A DNA stretch of 64,000 bases, taken from Pavona decussata (taxonomy: Eukaryota). Shown in pieces: positions 62,901 through 64,000 of the stretch. Every line of letters begins with the position of its first letter. Positions within the stretch are counted from its first letter, which is position 1. The stretch lies in assembly GCA_977016875.1 (NCBI GenBank), contig CDRNST010000227.1, positions 62,001 through 126,000 on the forward strand, read 5' to 3'. The position numbers were made by a program, and so were the translations under genes. The notes beneath the pieces were generated by a model. The model had not been told where the DNA came from. It was given only the letters and a program-made list of their open reading frames with translations, and searched no databases.

Positions 62901-64000
62901 AGCTTGTCGCGCCTGGTTTTTCCAAGGCTCATCACCGTAATCCAAAAACCTACAGGAAAATAAGATGAGTTGACCCTTCTTTCCAATCCTCTCAGACCAA
63001 TGCAAGTTTGCAACAAATATTAAATAAATGGGAAGGTAACATTATGTTCAACTTAGAAAAAGAAATGAAGAAGGTGAGTCGAACAAAACTTTTCCTGTAA
63101 CTTTCGTCAACAATGATCTGCCCGTTGAAAGGAAGCTGGCAATACAAATGATTTTACAACTGAATATCTTTCTTGCGCGTTCCTTTGTTTTCAAATTCTT
63201 ACACAGGTGGTATAAAGACTCTCGTACAAAGGTAGCCCCTATGTATTTTCCGTTGTTACGGTACTTATGTGGGAATAACAGAAATAAAGAAGTTCAACTG
63301 TGCATGGAGACGGAGAATTTTAATTCTTACCACAGTAGACCTTCACCTTTTAAAACCTCTATTTTCACTGGACCCTTATAACCTGCAGCTGCATTGTTTT
63401 TTAGGGTTGGGATCATTGTTCTGTTGTTCGTTGAAAACGGTGCAAGTGCCCCCCCCCCCCCCCCCCACCTTAATCAGCCTCATTCAGTTTCTGTTTAACT
63501 ACAGCTTTATCTTACCACTGGTCACATAGAGCAACAACGCACTCATCCGCTGAACGAGAAATCACTTTTCTTTCTGGCTCCATGTAAATTCGTCCCTCGC
63601 CCTGCAAATCATGAGAAGGGGGTCGTAGTTAGATTTCAGCGCAAAGCACCACTGGGGGAATGGAGGGAGTCCCGCCTCTCCATTTTCTAGAAATAAATGT
63701 TTGCAAGAGAAACAACCAACATAAAAACAAATCCTTTGTAAAACAAAAGATGAAGCAATCTGTGCAAACTTACGCTTTCTATCATTTTCTTCTGCACAAG
63801 TTTTTTCACTTCTTGGACTTTCTGCCCCGCAAATTCCCCGACGATAATGGTTCCCTCGTAGAATCCTTTTTTATAGGTGAGCTCCTTTGCCTCCACCAGA
63901 AGATCCTTGTCGTTTTGGCTTTTTATCTTGAGGTCATCGCACGCCTTTACCGCACATAGGTCCCCATAACCAGGAATCCGGATAATAGGAATAGGTTCAT
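35212..64000 (-). CDS. LARS1: Leucine--tRNA ligase, cytoplasmic (3' 20 exons; 5' part beyond the window)
   Basis: Exons 63774->64000, 63516-63601, 62884-62949, 61567-61649, 59990-60128, 55579-55668, 43160-43288, 42619-42670, 41668-41731, 41355-41467, 40984-41054, 39895-40057, 39149-39217, 38934-39074, 38636-38854, 37546-37650, 37333-37437, 36771-36989, 36129-36195, 35212-35279; all GT-AG and in phase. Motifs [65 protein letters not shown]|[11 protein letters not shown] (KMSKS), [16 protein letters not shown] (-) at 35144-35149. Confidence 0.95.
35516..35972. repeat. (TAT)n microsatellites and a compound (GATTAT)n-(GATTAC)n-(TAT)n array in the last LARS intron
   Basis: (tat)n at ~35517-35568; compound array at ~35841-35972. 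Confidence 0.9.
36507..36738. repeat. Palindromic repeat made of two inverted, truncated hammerhead-type (Penelope-derived) units; relatives at ~47975-48063 and ~49735-49910
   Basis: Arms ttggttttatcaactgagatgataaggtaattt...aaattaccttatcatctcagttgata..aaaaccaa; core gctaacgcttgaaacgt; aaagaaattcgagagctgacttttc shared with 49767. Confidence 0.65.
37772..37967. mobile_element. Two tRNA-derived SINE heads in inverted (hairpin) arrangement
   Basis: 37820-37882 and 37905-37967 are near-perfect reverse complements; the + arm has A box agttggtagagc and B box gggttcgaatcc. Confidence 0.8.
41861..42223. mobile_element. TTAA-flanked MITE (Kolobok-like termini)
   Basis: ttaa|ggacggtgcctact...agtaggcaccgtcc|ttaa: 14-bp perfect TIR and TTAA TSD; purine-purine termini fit Kolobok better than piggyBac. 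Confidence 0.85.
52540..53601 (+). CDS. Intronless class A (rhodopsin-like) orphan GPCR, 353 aa, nested antisense within LARS intron 43289-55578
   Basis: 7 TM; [27 protein letters not shown]; N-glycosylation sequon NTT near the N-terminus. Confidence 0.93.
   Translation: MDNTTQVAGENEYDNNDTEIEGSASGSWEHSGEEMTEFSAEFDTFPIVLACCIIAINLTVIILFIRNRSLKSVTNSFLVSLAASDLLAGLLGIPLSISCSVFGDNNFCPPAQLIWRFISVSTVLHILLVSVDRYIAIKYAMRYYNIVTQTVFFVLTTLAWTTAAFVSLIQLSWRANASIDEEEETNTAQVIYDLTIFALFFALPLCVMAFTYGRIFITVRYHERQIWRYHSPSDPEHACAEHNRAQRKTAIIFLVMLIVFIVCWLPYFILSFQEEFGHGDALPVWVLYVFYYYTRFFTSLSNPLLYVLGKRDFREALIQAICKKNKARSESRGSTTLTALYGMEQSNSAVTST
57783..58555. mobile_element. Non-autonomous TIR element (TA/TWA-flanked, possibly PIF/Harbinger-like)
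   Basis: ta|aggcctgaggcaaacgtcgaatct...agattcgacgtttgccccaggcct|ta; repeated ttcgac/gtcgaa subterminal motifs. Confidence 0.8.
61296..61379 (-). ncRNA. Intronic C/D box snoRNA, copy A; predicted guide for 2'-O-methylation of the 18S rRNA A equivalent to human Am590 (SNORD62/snR41-type)
   Basis: Minus strand: atcagct-GTGATGA-...-ATGA(D')-...-accaatggatcctt-CTGA-gctgat; 6-bp terminal stem atcagc/gctgat; guide complementary to conserved 18S GAGGAUCCAUUGG; same strand as the host gene. Confidence 0.85.
62425..62512 (-). ncRNA. Intronic C/D box snoRNA, copy B (same 18S guide)
   Basis: Minus strand: ttcacggcg-ATGATGA-...-CTGA(D')-...-GTGAGA(C')-...-accaatggatcctt-CTGA-gctgtgaa; 8-bp terminal stem with one G:U; 22 nt identical to copy A around the guide and D box. 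Confidence 0.87.
62820..62870. repeat. 21-bp tandem repeat (~2.4 copies) next to a LARS splice donor
   Basis: acaaagaaacaagctattgac x2 + acaaagaaa. Confidence 0.85.

Overview
Eukaryotic, intron-rich animal DNA; the repeat families suggest a cnidarian, probably a stony coral (inference). Six protein-coding genes were built by hand from GT-AG junctions. (1) The 5' exon of an F-box/LRR gene (-), head-to-head with (2) a complete 14-exon UTP18 (+). (3) A complete 10-exon WBP4 (+) with an intron-split ATG and apparently a single WW domain. (4) An intronless class A GPCR (+) lacking DRY and NPxxY. (5) The 3' 20 exons of cytoplasmic leucyl-tRNA synthetase LARS1 (-). (6) A paralogous intact GPCR nested antisense in a 12.3-kb LARS intron. 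Most striking: this LeuRS does not end in the human-type LeuRS C-terminal domain (UNE-L). It ends in a three-exon domain that closely resembles the C-terminal repeat (UNE-I, ubiquitin/UBX-like) of vertebrate isoleucyl-tRNA synthetase, an apparent appended-domain swap between synthetases. Two adjacent LARS introns each host a C/D box snoRNA with the same 18S rRNA guide (SNORD62/snR41-type target). Introns carry many MITEs (two with perfect 9-bp TSDs), tRNA-derived SINEs, a Crypton-like relic and decayed Penelope-type hammerhead motifs, two of which have a MITE at the same stem-II position. All homology calls are by eye from remembered sequences; no searches were run.
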